Assembly (NCBI GenBank): GCA_010405405.1 | Contig: MU004239.1 | Location: forward strand, 1,054,001 to 1,118,000 | Length of the DNA: 64,000 nt | Direction of reading: 5' to 3' | Source of the DNA: Microthyrium microscopicum | Lineage: Eukaryota | Part shown: positions 25,749-38,667 of the stretch, piece by piece | Numbering within the stretch: the stretch's first letter is position 1 | Layout: each line of letters starts with the position of its first letter | Notes under the pieces: model-generated | Told to the model about the DNA's origin: nothing | What the model saw: the letters and a program-made list of their open reading frames with translations, nothing else | The model's database searches: none | Translations under genes and position numbers: made by a program

Positions 25749-27617
25749 CTTGGATATAAGAGTGCCAGGAATGAACGCACGTCCGGGTTAGATCACAGAG
25801 AGATCGAAGAAAAGGGCCGAATGGGCTTAATTATAATCTTATACTAACATACCCTGTGAACCAGGAACCAACCCAACGGCATGCACTATTTATGCAAAGC
25901 CAACACGCGAAACCATTATATCGTTCCGCCTATTCTGCATCTTGATGATCAGGCTGCAGAGCCGATTGCAAGCTGTATGCGGTTTGGACGCAGTAAGTTG
26001 CCAAACGTGGCTACAGGCTCAATGACTCGTGCAGATGGGCGTAGCGTACACCCAATTTTCTGCTAGATGCAGCTTGGCCTCGTTTCTTCGGCCTCAGCAT
26101 CTTGTTATTGGAGCAAATGCTTTCCAATATGTCTTCTCTCCCATGAACTGTACGTATGAACCAGGGTCATATACAAGGGACCTTGATAACCAATTACGAT
26201 GCTGGGAGGATTGTATGGGGAGCTATAAGGAAGTATAGGGTAAGAAGCGATATCGTCTACTGCGACGGATTGTGATGGGATTGGAGAACTATGAGTCTAA
26301 GAACCCGCGTCGTTGAGTACTTGGATGTATGACATGAAGCTGCAAGAGAGTACTATAGATTGCATTTGCGATATAGGGACGATGGGAAGCTGAGTGTTGA
26401 GTGCAGTTTGAGGCAGTTGACTTTGTTAGGTCTGGTTCAGATATTCCGAAATGGATTAAGACTCACGACAGCACTTGGTTCTCCCGCCTCTTGATCGTCA
26501 CCATCTCAAACGAACTGCATGAAGTCTGTTCTTCAGAGTTACTTACACATCAAACATTCTAATGCTCGCATCAGGCTCCCAATACCCTCTTCCTTGCTGA
26601 GTCTCGCCTGGCCGTTGACCGTTGACCGTTGACCCCCATTTTGACCTGGAGACATCGCGAACAAAAATTGATGCAACCCGCATTTACCCCGCAGAATGTT
26701 TCTCAAATACTGCAACCAACAAGTACACCATCAAACATCTTTCCAATCCTACAGTACTTGTACATGAAGACCCACTTACATTGGCGATGTACCGGCTGCT
26801 ACTAACTGTTAGCTACAGCTTCATGCAAGCTATCAAACAAGCAACTTCCAACCACATTCTATCGTTAACAAATTGTCAATTAGCACCTCTGGCTATGGAG
26901 AAAGTAGTCTATTCTGATTCCCTGGGACTGACTCGACTTGCGATCACCAGGGCAAGACAAAGACATGACTTTCGACAGTTTCTAACAGCTCCTAGAATAT
27001 TATACTCGAGGTCGGCAAGGTGGCACAATTTCTCGGCAAATGCTGCCGTGACCAACTCCATGAGTCGTCAAACTATCCCATTGGATTTGACCTGTTCCCT
27101 CGGCTTTCCAATCTTCTTCGAGGATTTACGCAAGGTCGAATGCGTGAAACGAATACAAGCGTCGTATTTATGCTCTTGAACTTTTTCGTCATATTCTCGC
27201 TCTGTCATTCGACCGCCTTGCTATAACGCCCGATCGGTCTACTTTCCTTTCCACACCTCCTTCCATATGGCCAATTATTCATGCGTTGGCGTCCTAGGAT
27301 TATATCAAGGCCCTTCGGAGACTATCCTCTGATTCGTGGAATACCGAGCTTCAGTCCAACCACCAACCTATCTTCCTGCTGTCAAATCTCTGGAGATTTT
27401 TGTCCGAGTCAAGGGTTCAAACTCCTAGGATTCACGGTTTTTTCCGGTGAACCATTCTCTTGGCAATACTCTCACCAAAATGCCTGGATTGGGAACTTGC
27501 TACCCGATATTGATTTCATAAGAGGCAGTGTTACGCAAGTTCATCGAGGCTTACGGCAAGTCACTCCTCAAAAAGCGCAATCAGGACATAAAGCAGATTG
27601 ATATTAGTATCATGGAG

Positions 27618-30600
27618 CTACGCAATCCATTTGGATTCCGGGGGGCCAAGTCCTGTGGACTTGACTCCTCCAAAATCCACTACAATCTTCTTCAGTACCA
27701 GGCCAGCGTCAAGCAACTGAAGCTTCAAGGTGTGTTGCCCAGGCTGAATCGGTATCATGTTCTTGCTTTCCCAACGTTCCATGGTAACAGCCTTATCCCA
27801 GCCCGCCGGCAAGTCCCCCTTCACACCATCCTTGACTATTTGTACTCTCTTTGGTGTTTGCCCGTCCACAGCCACGGTGTATGCCATCGGGTTGTCAGGA
27901 TCCGTGTTGAGAGAGGGTGCAAAGTAGACCGTGATGCTGCTGTTCGAGTAAGTCGTAAAGGAGAAAAATGGGATTGACAATATCGGTGCAGATTTCTCGG
28001 TGAGCGTCGATATCGCTGATGGAGCCAATGTCACACCATATTCTGATATTCCCAGATATCTTGGTGAAGCTGCCTCTTCGACGTCCTTAGCTCTGGATGT
28101 CCATTCTTCGTCTCCTTTAGATGGACCCTGCAATAATTCAGGTAACTTCCATGGTTCATACGAAATATATCCATCAGCTTCTATAGCTCCTTTAGTACCC
28201 GAAGGAGCTTGAGCGCTGTTGTATGGTAGGTGCACCGTAGTGGTATCATTTTTGCCGTCTACGGTTCCAATGATCGTGATGGTAGTATTTCCAGACGTCT
28301 TGCTGAGTTTACTCCAATCAATATCCACGAATACTTTGACACTGGAACCTTCTCCATTGACTGGCAGTTCACCCGATCGCTCAGAGAGCTTAACAAATGG
28401 TTCCGCTTTGATCTCATATGACACATCAGCAATTGCTGTAGAGAATACCTCAATCCAACGTCGGGACTGGCTATATGGCGACAGCTGTGGTAGAATCTTG
28501 GGGTCGTTGTTGGCGCCATCATCAGGCATTGGTCCGACAGCAGGTGAACCTTCAGCCATAACTCGGATGTTGCCATTCAGCCCCGGCTCCAAGGTTTGAA
28601 CATAGTGAAGTGGTGGTGTATACTGGCGCATAGGTTGTTGCCTTGATCTGGTCAGTCACATCATATCCAATGAACAGCTTCAACTTACCATGAGGAATAT
28701 CCAAAGTGAGTCTGATCCATCATATGGCTCCATTTACCGTTTAGTAACTCATTATACTGCTTGCTCAGTATATGATCCCGACCGAATGCTTTTCTCACTT
28801 CATCGGCCAACCAGTTTGCGTAATTTCGTCCTTGAAGAGCATGAAGCCTATTCTTTCCAGCCAATATCATGGTCTTGTGAAAGTTTTCTCCGGCTACAAT
28901 TGGATGGTGTATGGTCTGGAAGTATGTCGCTTTGGCGCTCTCTTGAACGCTCTTATAGACCTCGCTCGACTCATCAACCAACTCTTTCCACGAAGCCATG
29001 ACTCTATCCGCTTCATCATAGTGACTGACGCTCCATGTGTCTGGCTCGACGAGTTCGAACTTTCGCTGACCAGCTAGAACCGAAAATCTTGCTGCGATTC
29101 TCGCAATATCTTTGGCTTCATCAGTCCCGAACTCGCGATCAGCCCAAGCTGTTAGCCACGGTACTGGATCTGCTTCCCATCGATTGATGTCGTAGGCCAT
29201 ATCCAAGACGTGGTTGATAGGTATTTCCAGGGGCTTCAGATCACCGACATTGACGACCCAAATGTCTCGCGCATTTTTAGCATGAGCTAGATGGATTTGA
29301 TGCCATGTCTTTTGCAGTATTACCGTATTAATCTTACGCTCATCAGTATCTTCAACCTCACGTTGATCAACTGCGACTTACCCATTTATAATTACGTGGA
29401 TCGCCAACATAGTCGAAATGCTAAAACAAATCAGTCAACGTCTGCAACACCAAGAACCAAACTGACATAATAGACACCCGCACCACCAGTCCGATTATTA
29501 TCCTTCGCATTTGGCAACCGTCTGATGTTCCCCCAATTATCATCCGCCCACAATAACACCACATCATCCGGCACCCTCATTCCCGCCTCATAATACCCCT
29601 GAACCTCCTTATACAGACACCAACTCTGCGGCACACCAGTCATATTCAAGTCCTTCAAAATCGCCCTCTCCGACGCGACAATCTCCTCTAGCACACTCGT
29701 CTCCACATCCGCACTCATCGGCGTATCATGGCTCCCTCGCATCCCAATCGTGAACAACGTCTCATACGGCTTCGCTCGCTCCGCACCCTCCTTCAAAAAC
29801 GGCTCCACGCGCGCGCGATTGCTCTTCCAATTCCATGCACCTGCGCCGCGCACATTCCACTCCTTCGTCGAACGCGCCATGGGTTCCGTATGGCTCGTCC
29901 CCATCACGATCCCGTACTCGTCTGCGCGTGCCTGGCTGCGCTTATCATCGACTGCAAACTGTCCATCCCACATGGCGGGGTACAACAAGTTTGCGCGCAG
30001 TCGTAGGAGTAGTTCGAAAATGGTGGCGTAAAAGTCTGCGTTCATGGCGGCAGCTCCGTTGGGCAACGTGCCGTATTTGGCGCGTACCCAGCCAGAGAGC
30101 GCAGGCGCTTCGTCATTGAGGAAGATCCCGCGGTACTTGATGGAGGGTGGGCCGTTGATTGTGTTGGTGCGTGGGACGGTGTAGATGGCGGAGTGCCGCT
30201 TGGTGGGCACGTCGGCCCAGAAGTGCCATGGGGAGACGCCGATTTGCTCGCTGATGGAGTAGAGGCCGAAGATGGTGCCGCGTTTGTCGGAGCCGGCTAT
30301 GAGGAGGGCACTAGGAATGCCGGGGAGGGGAGATTGGACGATGGTGGTTAGGTAGGTCTCCCATTGCCCGCGGATGGCAGTTGTGGTGTTGAGTGTGAAG
30401 AGGAGACGGTCTACGAGGGCCGATTTCCCGATGGTGCCAGCGATGATCACTCCCGGGCTTTTTGTGGTCGCGTTGCTGTGAAGGACGGTACCGTTGAGGC
30501 CGGTTACTCGACCAAAGTCGTGGGCTAGATCGTTGGCGGTGCGGATTACACCTTTCCAGTCGGATTCTTCCACAAGAATTTGCACTGGTGTGGAAGAGTC

Positions 30601-30714
30601 CGCCAATCTGAGAGATCCGGAGGAGGGTTCAAAGGCAATTACCGGTGTCTGGCCCAAGCCCAGTACTGAAATGGTCCGGGCAAGCAATAGTAGAATTCCA
30701 AAAGTCCTCATCAT
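27618..30714 (-). CDS. Glycoside hydrolase family 115 (alpha-glucuronidase), secreted
   Basis: Signal peptide, AGSDKRGTIFG, IGVSPWHFWADVP, YRGIFLNDEAP, ELLLRLRAN, GTSHTEPM, WCLYKEVQ, DDNWG, YY|HFDYVGDPRNYKW, WVVNVGDLKPLE, GKWSHMMDQTH. Three introns between ~28640 and 29466. Confidence 0.95.
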
Positions 30715-30989
30715 GAACCAGCAATCTACTGTGACAGGAGCAGCGATTGACGCTTACATGGCCAAATCGAGGTGTGCACGATATTTTGTAGAAAAGCTAT
30801 CGTCTCTATATTTATTCCGTTTCCAAATAACGTAAGGAAATTATCAAGTCCAAGCTCATACTGTCCCAGGTTTAGATACTGTGAAGTAATGAGTGTTAAT
30901 ATATCAACAATTGCCCTGACGCGGCTCAGCCTTACTCTCAGCCTCATACCCAACAACACCAATTCCATCACAACATACAACCATCACGC

Positions 30990-31862
30990 CTATTTCCCCA
31001 ACCCATCAACCGCATCCCTCAAAGCCTTACAATCACTAACCATCCCCCAAACCTTCCTACAATTAAACTCCACCATCTCCTTCGCATACCCCGGACTAGT
31101 AGTCGCAACCCCATCCCTCAACAGCACCGTATCAAACCCCCAATCCGCCGCATCCGTCAAACTAGTATAAACACACTGATCAGTATTAACCCCCGTAAAC
31201 AACAACGTCTTCAACCCCTTTTCCCTCAACCATTTCACCACCGGTGCACCCTCTCCTTTCCAAAATCCACTAATCCGATCCTTATCGAATACCACATCGC
31301 CCTTCTCACCACCACGATTCGCTTGATACGATTCCTCAAGAGCTCCATATAATCGACTATTCCACGCGCCCTTGCATAACCGTCGTCCAACTTCGACTTC
31401 TTTCCCGCCGATGGTGACGCTGCCCATATCATCACCTAAGCCCTTACCCGCGCTCTCGCGGATGGCGGTGCTGATTACACCGTCGGGGGCGTTGAAGTTC
31501 ATGGTAAAACAGCGGTGCACAAGCGGTGGCATAATATCCAGATCCTCATCGCTCAATCCCCAATTAACCCATACCACCTGCACTCCTGCCTTTCGGACAG
31601 CAGGTAATGTCGCGAGAAGTTCTTCACCGGCGGCGATACCAGCACTGGTGGGTGAGTTGCCGAGCGCTGGATGCAGGAAGTAATTCTGCATGTCGATCAC
31701 TACGACGGCGGTCTGCGCTGGGTCGAGAGCAAGGGGTGCGGTGGTAGTACCCAGGGTGAGTTTTTTGGCGGAGGACGTTGGGTGGAAGTCATAGCCAGTT
31801 GATGGATTGAAGGTCCAGTGGTTTGGAGGTTTGCCGAGCGTGGTGGTTTCCTGGGAAGTCAT
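30990..31862 (-). CDS. Isochorismatase-family cysteine hydrolase
   Basis: VVIDMQNYF, KDRISGFW, GVNTDQCV (D-K-C triad). Intronless ORF. Confidence 0.92.
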   Translation of the reverse strand: MTSQETTTLGKPPNHWTFNPSTGYDFHPTSSAKKLTLGTTTAPLALDPAQTAVVVIDMQNYFLHPALGNSPTSAGIAAGEELLATLPAVRKAGVQVVWVNWGLSDEDLDIMPPLVHRCFTMNFNAPDGVISTAIRESAGKGLGDDMGSVTIGGKEVEVGRRLCKGAWNSRLYGALEESYQANRGGEKGDVVFDKDRISGFWKGEGAPVVKWLREKGLKTLLFTGVNTDQCVYTSLTDAADWGFDTVLLRDGVATTSPGYAKEMVEFNCRKVWGMVSDCKALRDAVDGLGK

Positions 31863-32464
31863 TGTGGTTGCAGGTTGGTGGTGGGTGTTTGGATTTGGCG
31901 AAATGTTGTATATTTGGTGGACTGTGGTACTTCAAATGCTATTTCCTTGCTCTTATATTGGACGCGGGATTTGGTTGGAAGATTGGTATTGTATCTTACG
32001 GTGCAGTTGTGATAAGCTATCTTGGATTTTCCGGGATGCTGAGCTAGGAAGAAGCTTGGTGTTTTACCAGTACGGGAATAAAAGATGGAATGAACTTCTA
32101 GCTGACAGCAGTAGTTCTTGCTACGAGCACGTACGACATTTACCAATATTCCATTTCATCTCCTGTCATATTTGATGACAAAACCCATAGTCTACATACT
32201 GATGGTTGACAAGAATACCCTTGATGTAGTTAGCAAAGTTAATGGGCACCGGATAACAGGAATTAAAACACACAAAACAAGCTCAAAGAATCGTATTGAT
32301 ACATAAAACAGCTCTATTAATGTAGAGAGAGACTAGAAGTGACAGGATATACCATATTCGTAGCCACAAGTCCGTCACTTTTTGCGACGGCCCTTCTTTT
32401 TCTGGCTCTTCTTTTTCTCCTGCTTCATGAGCTCCTCGCGCTGCCAACCTGACCACTCCCAACC

Positions 32465-32596
32465 AAAGCTAGGACATTCCATCGTGTCGTCGGCTTCAAA
32501 GCTAGGACATTCCATCATGTCGTCGGCTTCAGAGCTAGGACATTCCATTATGTCGTTGGCTTCAAAGCTAGGACATTCCATCATGTCGTTGGCTTT
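32465..32596. repeat. 33-bp minisatellite, 4 near-perfect copies, immediately 3' of the RPD3 stop
   Basis: Minus-strand unit (G/A)AAGCC(A/G)ACGACA(T/C)(G/A)ATGGAATGTCCTAGCT(T/C)T, head to tail with no spacers. Confidence 0.95.
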
Positions 32597-32599
32597 AGA

Positions 32600-34681
32600 C
32601 TATTCCGCCTTGACTTCAGCGCCGGGATCTGGCTTGGGACTCTCCTTCTTTTCCGATGGCGGCACACTAGGATCTTTGACAGCTTCCTCGGCCTCTTTGA
32701 TTTCTACTGTTGGTTCTTCTATTGGCGCAATGTCCATCTCAACATCCTCATCGAGGTCTTCGGCTGGAACAGCTGCTGGTACTGCCGGCACAGGATGCGG
32801 CGCGGGAGGGGGAGATAGAGGTGGTGTGGGATGGAGTTGTTCTGCTGGCGCGGTTGTATCTTCTATTGTAGGCGCCACAGTAGGTTGATTTGAAGCTGAC
32901 GCTGATGCTGGTGTCTCTGCTGGTTCGGGTGCCTCGTCGTCCTCCAAACCGTCGTCGAGGTCCATTTTATCGCCCGAATCGTCATCTGCCTCTGGTGCTG
33001 GTATCGGCGTTGCCTTGCTGGAAGCCTTGGCCGAAGCGACTGGAGGATTTGAAGATTCTGATGCAGCATCCTCCTCATCTTCATTGTCTCCATTGATTTC
33101 ATCATCTGCATCGTCATTACCAGTGCCATTAGCCCCAGTCATGGTTACGTCAATGTCATCATCAGCAATACCAGGTTCCGCGGCGTGAGGATTGGGAAAA
33201 TCAGTAATTCGTGTGCGCTTGGGCACTGGACGTCGAAGATCATCCATCTCCTCATCGCTATCTTCAAACTCATCGTCTCGCTGAATACGTTGATCCAAAG
33301 CTCGTTCTGAGTTGCGAACATCAGGATGTCGGTCTGCATCTTCATCGTCTTCTTCATCTTCAATATCACTGTGTGGATCTCGTGGAGTAGCTATTTGTTG
33401 ATGCCCAGGCTTTCCAGTAAGGCGGATATTTTCAACTACAGATTTCGTCATCTTTTCCAGATACTCTTGATTATTGCTGTTATCCATGTTAGAAGGCCGA
33501 ACGTCAAGTTCGTAGTCTGGGCAGAAATACTGAAACAGTTAGTAATGATCTTTTTACCAAATACTGTGAACTTACTTCGTAGTATTCGGTGAATGGAAGA
33601 GTGGTTGACATGGGCATATCAAGTAGTCTGCCTGTTTCGTATGCCCAAGTTCTTGCAACATTGCGCATTGTGTAGCCGCCTCCTCCAAGGACCAATGTAG
33701 GAATGTTGAAACTCTTGACGTAGTCCACACAGTGAGCGTGACCCTTCATACTGAGGTTGAAACAGCCCAATCGATCGCCTGACAAGCTATCCCCACCGCA
33801 TTGTAGTACTACAGCTTGCGGATCATACGTTGACATGATCTCCTTGATGACTGGCACAAATATGCTAGCATAGGTATCGTCTGTGATGCCATCGCGTAGA
33901 GGGAAGTTGACAGAATGGTATTTTCCTTGGTGAATCCCGATGTCTCTAATTTCCCCAGTTCCTGGGAAGTATTCGCCGTATTTGTGGAAGGAAACGGTCA
34001 TGACGCGATCGGTGGTGTAGAATGCCTCTTCAACGCCGTCGCCATGATGCACATCAATGTCGATATACAGGACCCGTTGATGATATCTAAGGAGCTCAAT
34101 GATACCTAGTACGATGTCTAAGCCTGTTAGCAGATGTCCGGCCTATGAAAGTATGCTCGGGGCTTACCGTTGATATAACAAAACCCACTGGCTTCGCTTT
34201 TCTTGGCGTGATGAAGTCCACCAGCCCAATTGATTGCAATGTCGCACTTTTTGCGGTTCAACCGCGCAGCACCCTCCATGCTGCCACCCGCGCTGATTCC
34301 GCAGAATTCGAATAAGCCATCAAACACTGGACAATCATCGCCAACATTATATTTTCCTTGTTCGCGTTGGAAGTTTTCTATGTTATCGGGAGTAACTTTT
34401 TGAAGAAATTCGACATATTCGTCAGTATGAAATTGGGTCATTTCGTATTTCGTGGCTGGTTTCGCGCGGTATATTTCCATCTTCTTGTAGCAGCCATAAT
34501 TCATAATAAGAGAGTGCGCTACCCGAATTCTGTGAGGTTTCATGGGATGACCTGCGGTATAGGCATAATTTCCTACATCGGAGTCGTAGAAATATGCGAC
34601 AGTCTTCTTCTGGTTTGCGGTGCCATTGCGCAATGCGACGGAAGCGCCATCGACATCGATAGGGGCCACCCCGTTCACCAT
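32600..34681 (-). CDS. RPD3: Class I histone deacetylase Rpd3
   Basis: [82 protein letters not shown], then an acidic/Pro-rich tail. Introns at ~34167-34118 and ~33575-33531. Confidence 0.97.
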
Positions 34682-35526
34682 AATGGCGTTTATCGATCTC
34701 GGGTGTAGGAATCAGACGTTGAAATATCCCAAAATGATTGAAGAGGATTTAAGGGATCCAAGAGTGTCAGTGGGAAAGTCTAGCAGCGATGGTTGTGGTG
34801 CTTGACGAAAAGATGGCGGGGGAGAAGAGGAATTGTTTGGAGGATGGAAGGTTTACTGGCTGGAGATTTATATAGAATCTGGGGTAGCAGCGATTCCAAT
34901 AGCGAGAAGCAATTGGATTTGGTGAAAGAGACAACGGGAGTAGTGGAATGGGGGAGAAAAGGTTAAGAGCTGAGTCGAGGATCAAGAGAAGCAGAACGTT
35001 AGTTGAGACTGAGAGCAAGCAATAGTGCCAAGACATGCAAGCTCACAAGCTGCTGGAAAGAGCTCTCCAGCTTCAAAATAACCGACCCACCGCGTGTCAC
35101 ACTCCCATTAACCACAGTATTGGTAAGAACACCTTCTAGATCAAATCGCATAGTTACCAACATCCTTGTAAGCGAATTATGCGGTTGATGCCAAATAAAA
35201 TAATACATCATATACGTTATGCAGCGAATGTTAGCGTTCTAAACACAATAGGAACAAAAGGGTCGCTGATTTTAACGCGATATGTTAAGAGTTGTGGTTC
35301 CTGACTTTGGCGCTAAAGCTTCGGCCTGCGACGTCTTTCATTGGCCAATGTAAGCCCAGTAAATAGCCGCGAAGCTTCAAGATGTGAGGGTCTCGCAGCA
35401 TCAACCAGGCCAGGCACAACAAGGTGCACGTAATCCCCAGCACCATACCAATTCCAAACTTTTCTTCATCACCCTCCATATCTCTCACATAAACCCTCAT
35501 AGACATCTCCATACATCCCCGACAAC

Positions 35527-36679
35527 ATGGATCGTATAAACCGAATGCTCGCTGCCGCCCAGGCTGGCTCTTCCAATGGCGTGCGTTTTCCATCCCCTCG
35601 TGCTCACAGAATTCCGAGATGGAAGACTGACTGAAAGATATAGGATGCCGCAAACCTCATCGACAACTCCGAAACCGTCCATATCTCCTCCCTAGCCCTC
35701 CTCAAGATGCTGCGGCACGGTCGTGCTGGTGTGCCTATGGAAGTCATGGGCCTCATGCTCGGCGAATTTGTGGATGATTACACCGTTCGCGTAGTGGATG
35801 TATTCGCCATGCCCCAGAGTGGAACTGGTGTCAGTGTCGAAGCTGTCGATCCCGTCTTTCAAACTAAGATGATGGACATGCTACGGCAGACCGGAAGGTA
35901 TGTGCTACTTCAACTCCAGAACGTGGGTTGCCACTAACATTCCAAAGACCAGAAACCGTCGTTGGCTGGTATCACTCACATCCTGGTTTCGGCTGCTGGC
36001 TATCATCCGTCGATATCAATACCCAACAATCATTCGAACAACTCACACCTCGCGCCGTTGCTGTTGTTGTAGATCCTATCCAGTCCGTTAAGGGCAAGGT
36101 CGTTATCGATGCTTTCCGGTTGATCAACCCTCAGACCTTGATGATGGGACACGAGCCTCGTCAAACCACATCCAATCTTGGCCATTTGAACAAGCCATCT
36201 ATTCAAGCCCTCATTCATGGGCTCAACCGCCACTACTACAGCATTGCGATCAACTACCGCAAAACAGGCCCGGAAGAAAACATGCTGATGAACCTCCACA
36301 AACACGTATGGACTGAAGCATTAGAGATGAACGATTTCCGAAACGAGGGCGAACGAAACCAGGAGCGGTTAACGAAGCTTGTGTCTCTAGCAGAGGGCTA
36401 CGAAAAGCGGGTGAAGGAGGAGTCGGAATTGACGAAAGATCAACTCAAGACTCGATACGTCGGAAAGGTGGATCCAAAGAAGCGTATGTTTTCACTGCAC
36501 GATTTGTCTTCACTATCTTACATTTCACAGATATTGAAGATATTGGTCAACTGCTCATCGAAGACAACATTGTCGCAGTATCGAGACAGATGATTGACAA
36601 AGAAGCATCGGTTCCAAAAGCAAATGGTCGATCAAATGGCCAAACTAACGGCGATATGGACATTGACGAAGAACTTTAG
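35527..36679 (+). CDS. RPN11: 26S proteasome lid deubiquitinase Rpn11 (JAMM/MPN+)
   Basis: [26 protein letters not shown] and [21 protein letters not shown] motif. Three introns. Ends MDIDEEL*. Confidence 0.97.
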
Positions 36680-36762
36680 ATTTGGTCTCCTCGATGACCA
36701 TCATGTAGTATACACCCAATATAATGATTAACCAAACAATCATGCCCTTTTATGCCCATATT

Positions 36763-38667
36763 TTACAGCTTAGCAACATCCTTTGTGGACTCGGAAATGC
36801 TCGGAAATGCAATCCTCTGGTCCATATTGAAGTCTCTTCTCCAGATTCCAGGTAATGTTTCCAACTCCGCCTCCTTACGCAGGATGTATCGTCGCGCAAC
36901 CTCTGTCCGAACAACATCTGCGTCTGTCGCCGCGTCTTCTATCATCATTATCGAGCTGACGATCCAAGCTATCATCTCCAACATATCTTTTCCTTTATAC
37001 GCCAACTCCTCTGCGTCCATATTCTCCCACCATGAGTCTAGTTTGTCTCTCTCGGCCGAGATCAGCTCTTCCATACCAGCCCATTCGAGTCCCCAGCTGC
37101 CCGTTCTTGTCTTCACCCAGCTATTGAATGCTCTCTTGACGTGTCGCCCTTGTCTTCCCATTACAACACGAACGACATCAGCGGCAAGAACATTCGATGT
37201 ACCTTCCCAGATACTAGTAACGTTGCAATCACGATATAGTCTTGCAATGTTGAACTCTGGTTCCTCTTCCATATAGCCCACGCCGCCCAGCGAATCCATG
37301 GCCTCTTTCAAGCCTGCGATGCTTCTCTCGGAGCAAATCGCTTTTGCGACAGGCGTAATTAGCCTTGACAACAGCACGGCTTCTTGGGCGTTCTCTACCA
37401 GCACCATACGCTCCTCAGCCTTCATTGCATCAAATTGCTCAGGGTGCTCCGAGATACCTAGCACTGCAACCGCAAAGAATCCCAGATGCATAGCTGCAAC
37501 ATAGCTCACGGTATTCTTTGCCAACGACCTCACATGCGCGGGCACATTGTCTAATGTACGCCCATCGCTCAGTTTTCGCACTCTCGCAAATGCTCGGCTG
37601 ATCGCCAGCCCCCGAGCATAGAAACCCAGCGCTCCCATCGCCGTATGCACTCGTGTAATATTCAATACTACCAGACCTGTCAGTTTCCTTCGCCAACGCG
37701 TGGTATTTGCAGACTCACCAGTACTAATGACCCTTGTACCCTCGCCCTCTTTACCCACTAAGTACGCTCTCGTACCCTCCAGCACAAGCTCTGCTGTTGG
37801 AAGCGCCTTAGTCCCCATCTTACTCTTCAGCCTCTGAATCGTAATCCCATTCATCTCCGTCTCCCCACCCGCCGCTTTCCGCTTCGTAGGCGCCCAAAAC
37901 GCACTAATCCCCTTCTCCGTCCGCGCCAACAATATCGCCATCTGCGCATCCGTCGCACTACTAAACCACTTGAACCCACTCACACTCCAATCCCCCAACG
38001 GCATCCCGCTCTCATCTTTCCCACCCACATCATTGCCAACATACCTAGCCACCGTTTCCGTCCCACGCACATCAGACCCCCCACTCCGCTCCGTCATCCA
38101 CTGTCCCGCCGTCCACGCCCGCCCCACCTCCCTACTCGTCAGCCTCTCATACGCCTCCGCCCAAACTTTACGCTGACCTTCACTGATCTCCCCTTTCAGC
38201 TGGTTCGCTAGCAGGCGCGCGGCACCATCTTGCATGGCATTCGGACACGTCGTCAGCGCATCACTGCCCGTCCACAGCACATATTTCAAAAACTGCGCCA
38301 CGCGCGCTGAATGCGCTAGTTCTGGAGAATCATACGCCGTCGCGACGATCCCGTTCGCATGACCGATGGCCGAGAGCGCGCGCCAGCCTTCGCTGGTGGT
38401 GAGGACGGAGCGTGGATGCCCGAATGTGGAGTGGGTGGAGAGGGTGGGTGGGTGTGTTTCGGCGTTGTGGGTGTGGGAGAGCACGGCGGGCGTGAGGATG
38501 TATGAGGCGAAGGAGGTTAGGTCGGCGGATATGGAGGGCAGGTGGGTGGGGGAGAGGTAGAGGGTGGCGATGCGTCGGAGGGTGATGTCTTCGTTGTATT
38601 GGTTTGGGAGGGTGGGCGGGGTTTGGAAGAAGCCGGTGGTGCCGCTTGATGGGTTGGGGGGAGACAT
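36763..38667 (-). CDS. AidB-like acyl-CoA dehydrogenase with C-terminal PTS1 (AKL)
   Basis: CPNAMQDGA, GQWMTERSGGSDV, GFKWFSSA, RLKSKMGTKALPTAEL, LGGVGY, IWEGTSNV. One in-frame 51-nt intron near 37720-37670. Confidence 0.92.
   Translation of the reverse strand: MSPPNPSSGTTGFFQTPPTLPNQYNEDITLRRIATLYLSPTHLPSISADLTSFASYILTPAVLSHTHNAETHPPTLSTHSTFGHPRSVLTTSEGWRALSAIGHANGIVATAYDSPELAHSARVAQFLKYVLWTGSDALTTCPNAMQDGAARLLANQLKGEISEGQRKVWAEAYERLTSREVGRAWTAGQWMTERSGGSDVRGTETVARYVGNDVGGKDESGMPLGDWSVSGFKWFSSATDAQMAILLARTEKGISAFWAPTKRKAAGGETEMNGITIQRLKSKMGTKALPTAELVLEGTRAYLVGKEGEGTRVISTGESANTTRWRRKLTGLVVLNITRVHTAMGALGFYARGLAISRAFARVRKLSDGRTLDNVPAHVRSLAKNTVSYVAAMHLGFFAVAVLGISEHPEQFDAMKAEERMVLVENAQEAVLLSRLITPVAKAICSERSIAGLKEAMDSLGGVGYMEEEPEFNIARLYRDCNVTSIWEGTSNVLAADVVRVVMGRQGRHVKRAFNSWVKTRTGSWGLEWAGMEELISAERDKLDSWWENMDAEELAYKGKDMLEMIAWIVSSIMMIEDAATDADVVRTEVARRYILRKEAELETLPGIWRRDFNMDQRIAFPSISESTKDVAKL

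Noticed and set aside
26900..27600. Stop-interrupted protein-like frames on the plus strand
   Set aside because: No domain, start or splice pattern could be supported. It may be a relic, but this is not demonstrable by eye.
29400..31862. Sharp GC and strand-skew shifts in GH115 and the isochorismatase (also at 37700-38670), suggesting horizontal transfer
   Set aside because: The same 5' C-rich to 3' G-rich gradient recurs in several native genes with fungal introns, and no mobility signatures are present.
32465..32596. 33-bp repeats resembling a CRISPR array in unit length
   Set aside because: Units are head to tail with no unique spacers, there are no cas genes, and the context is eukaryotic. 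It is a minisatellite.
32382..32888. 168-aa plus-strand ORF with an apparent signal peptide and repeats
   Set aside because: It has a TTG start and lies antisense to the RPD3 acidic tail. The hydrophobic N-terminus is simply the complement of the Lys-codon run.
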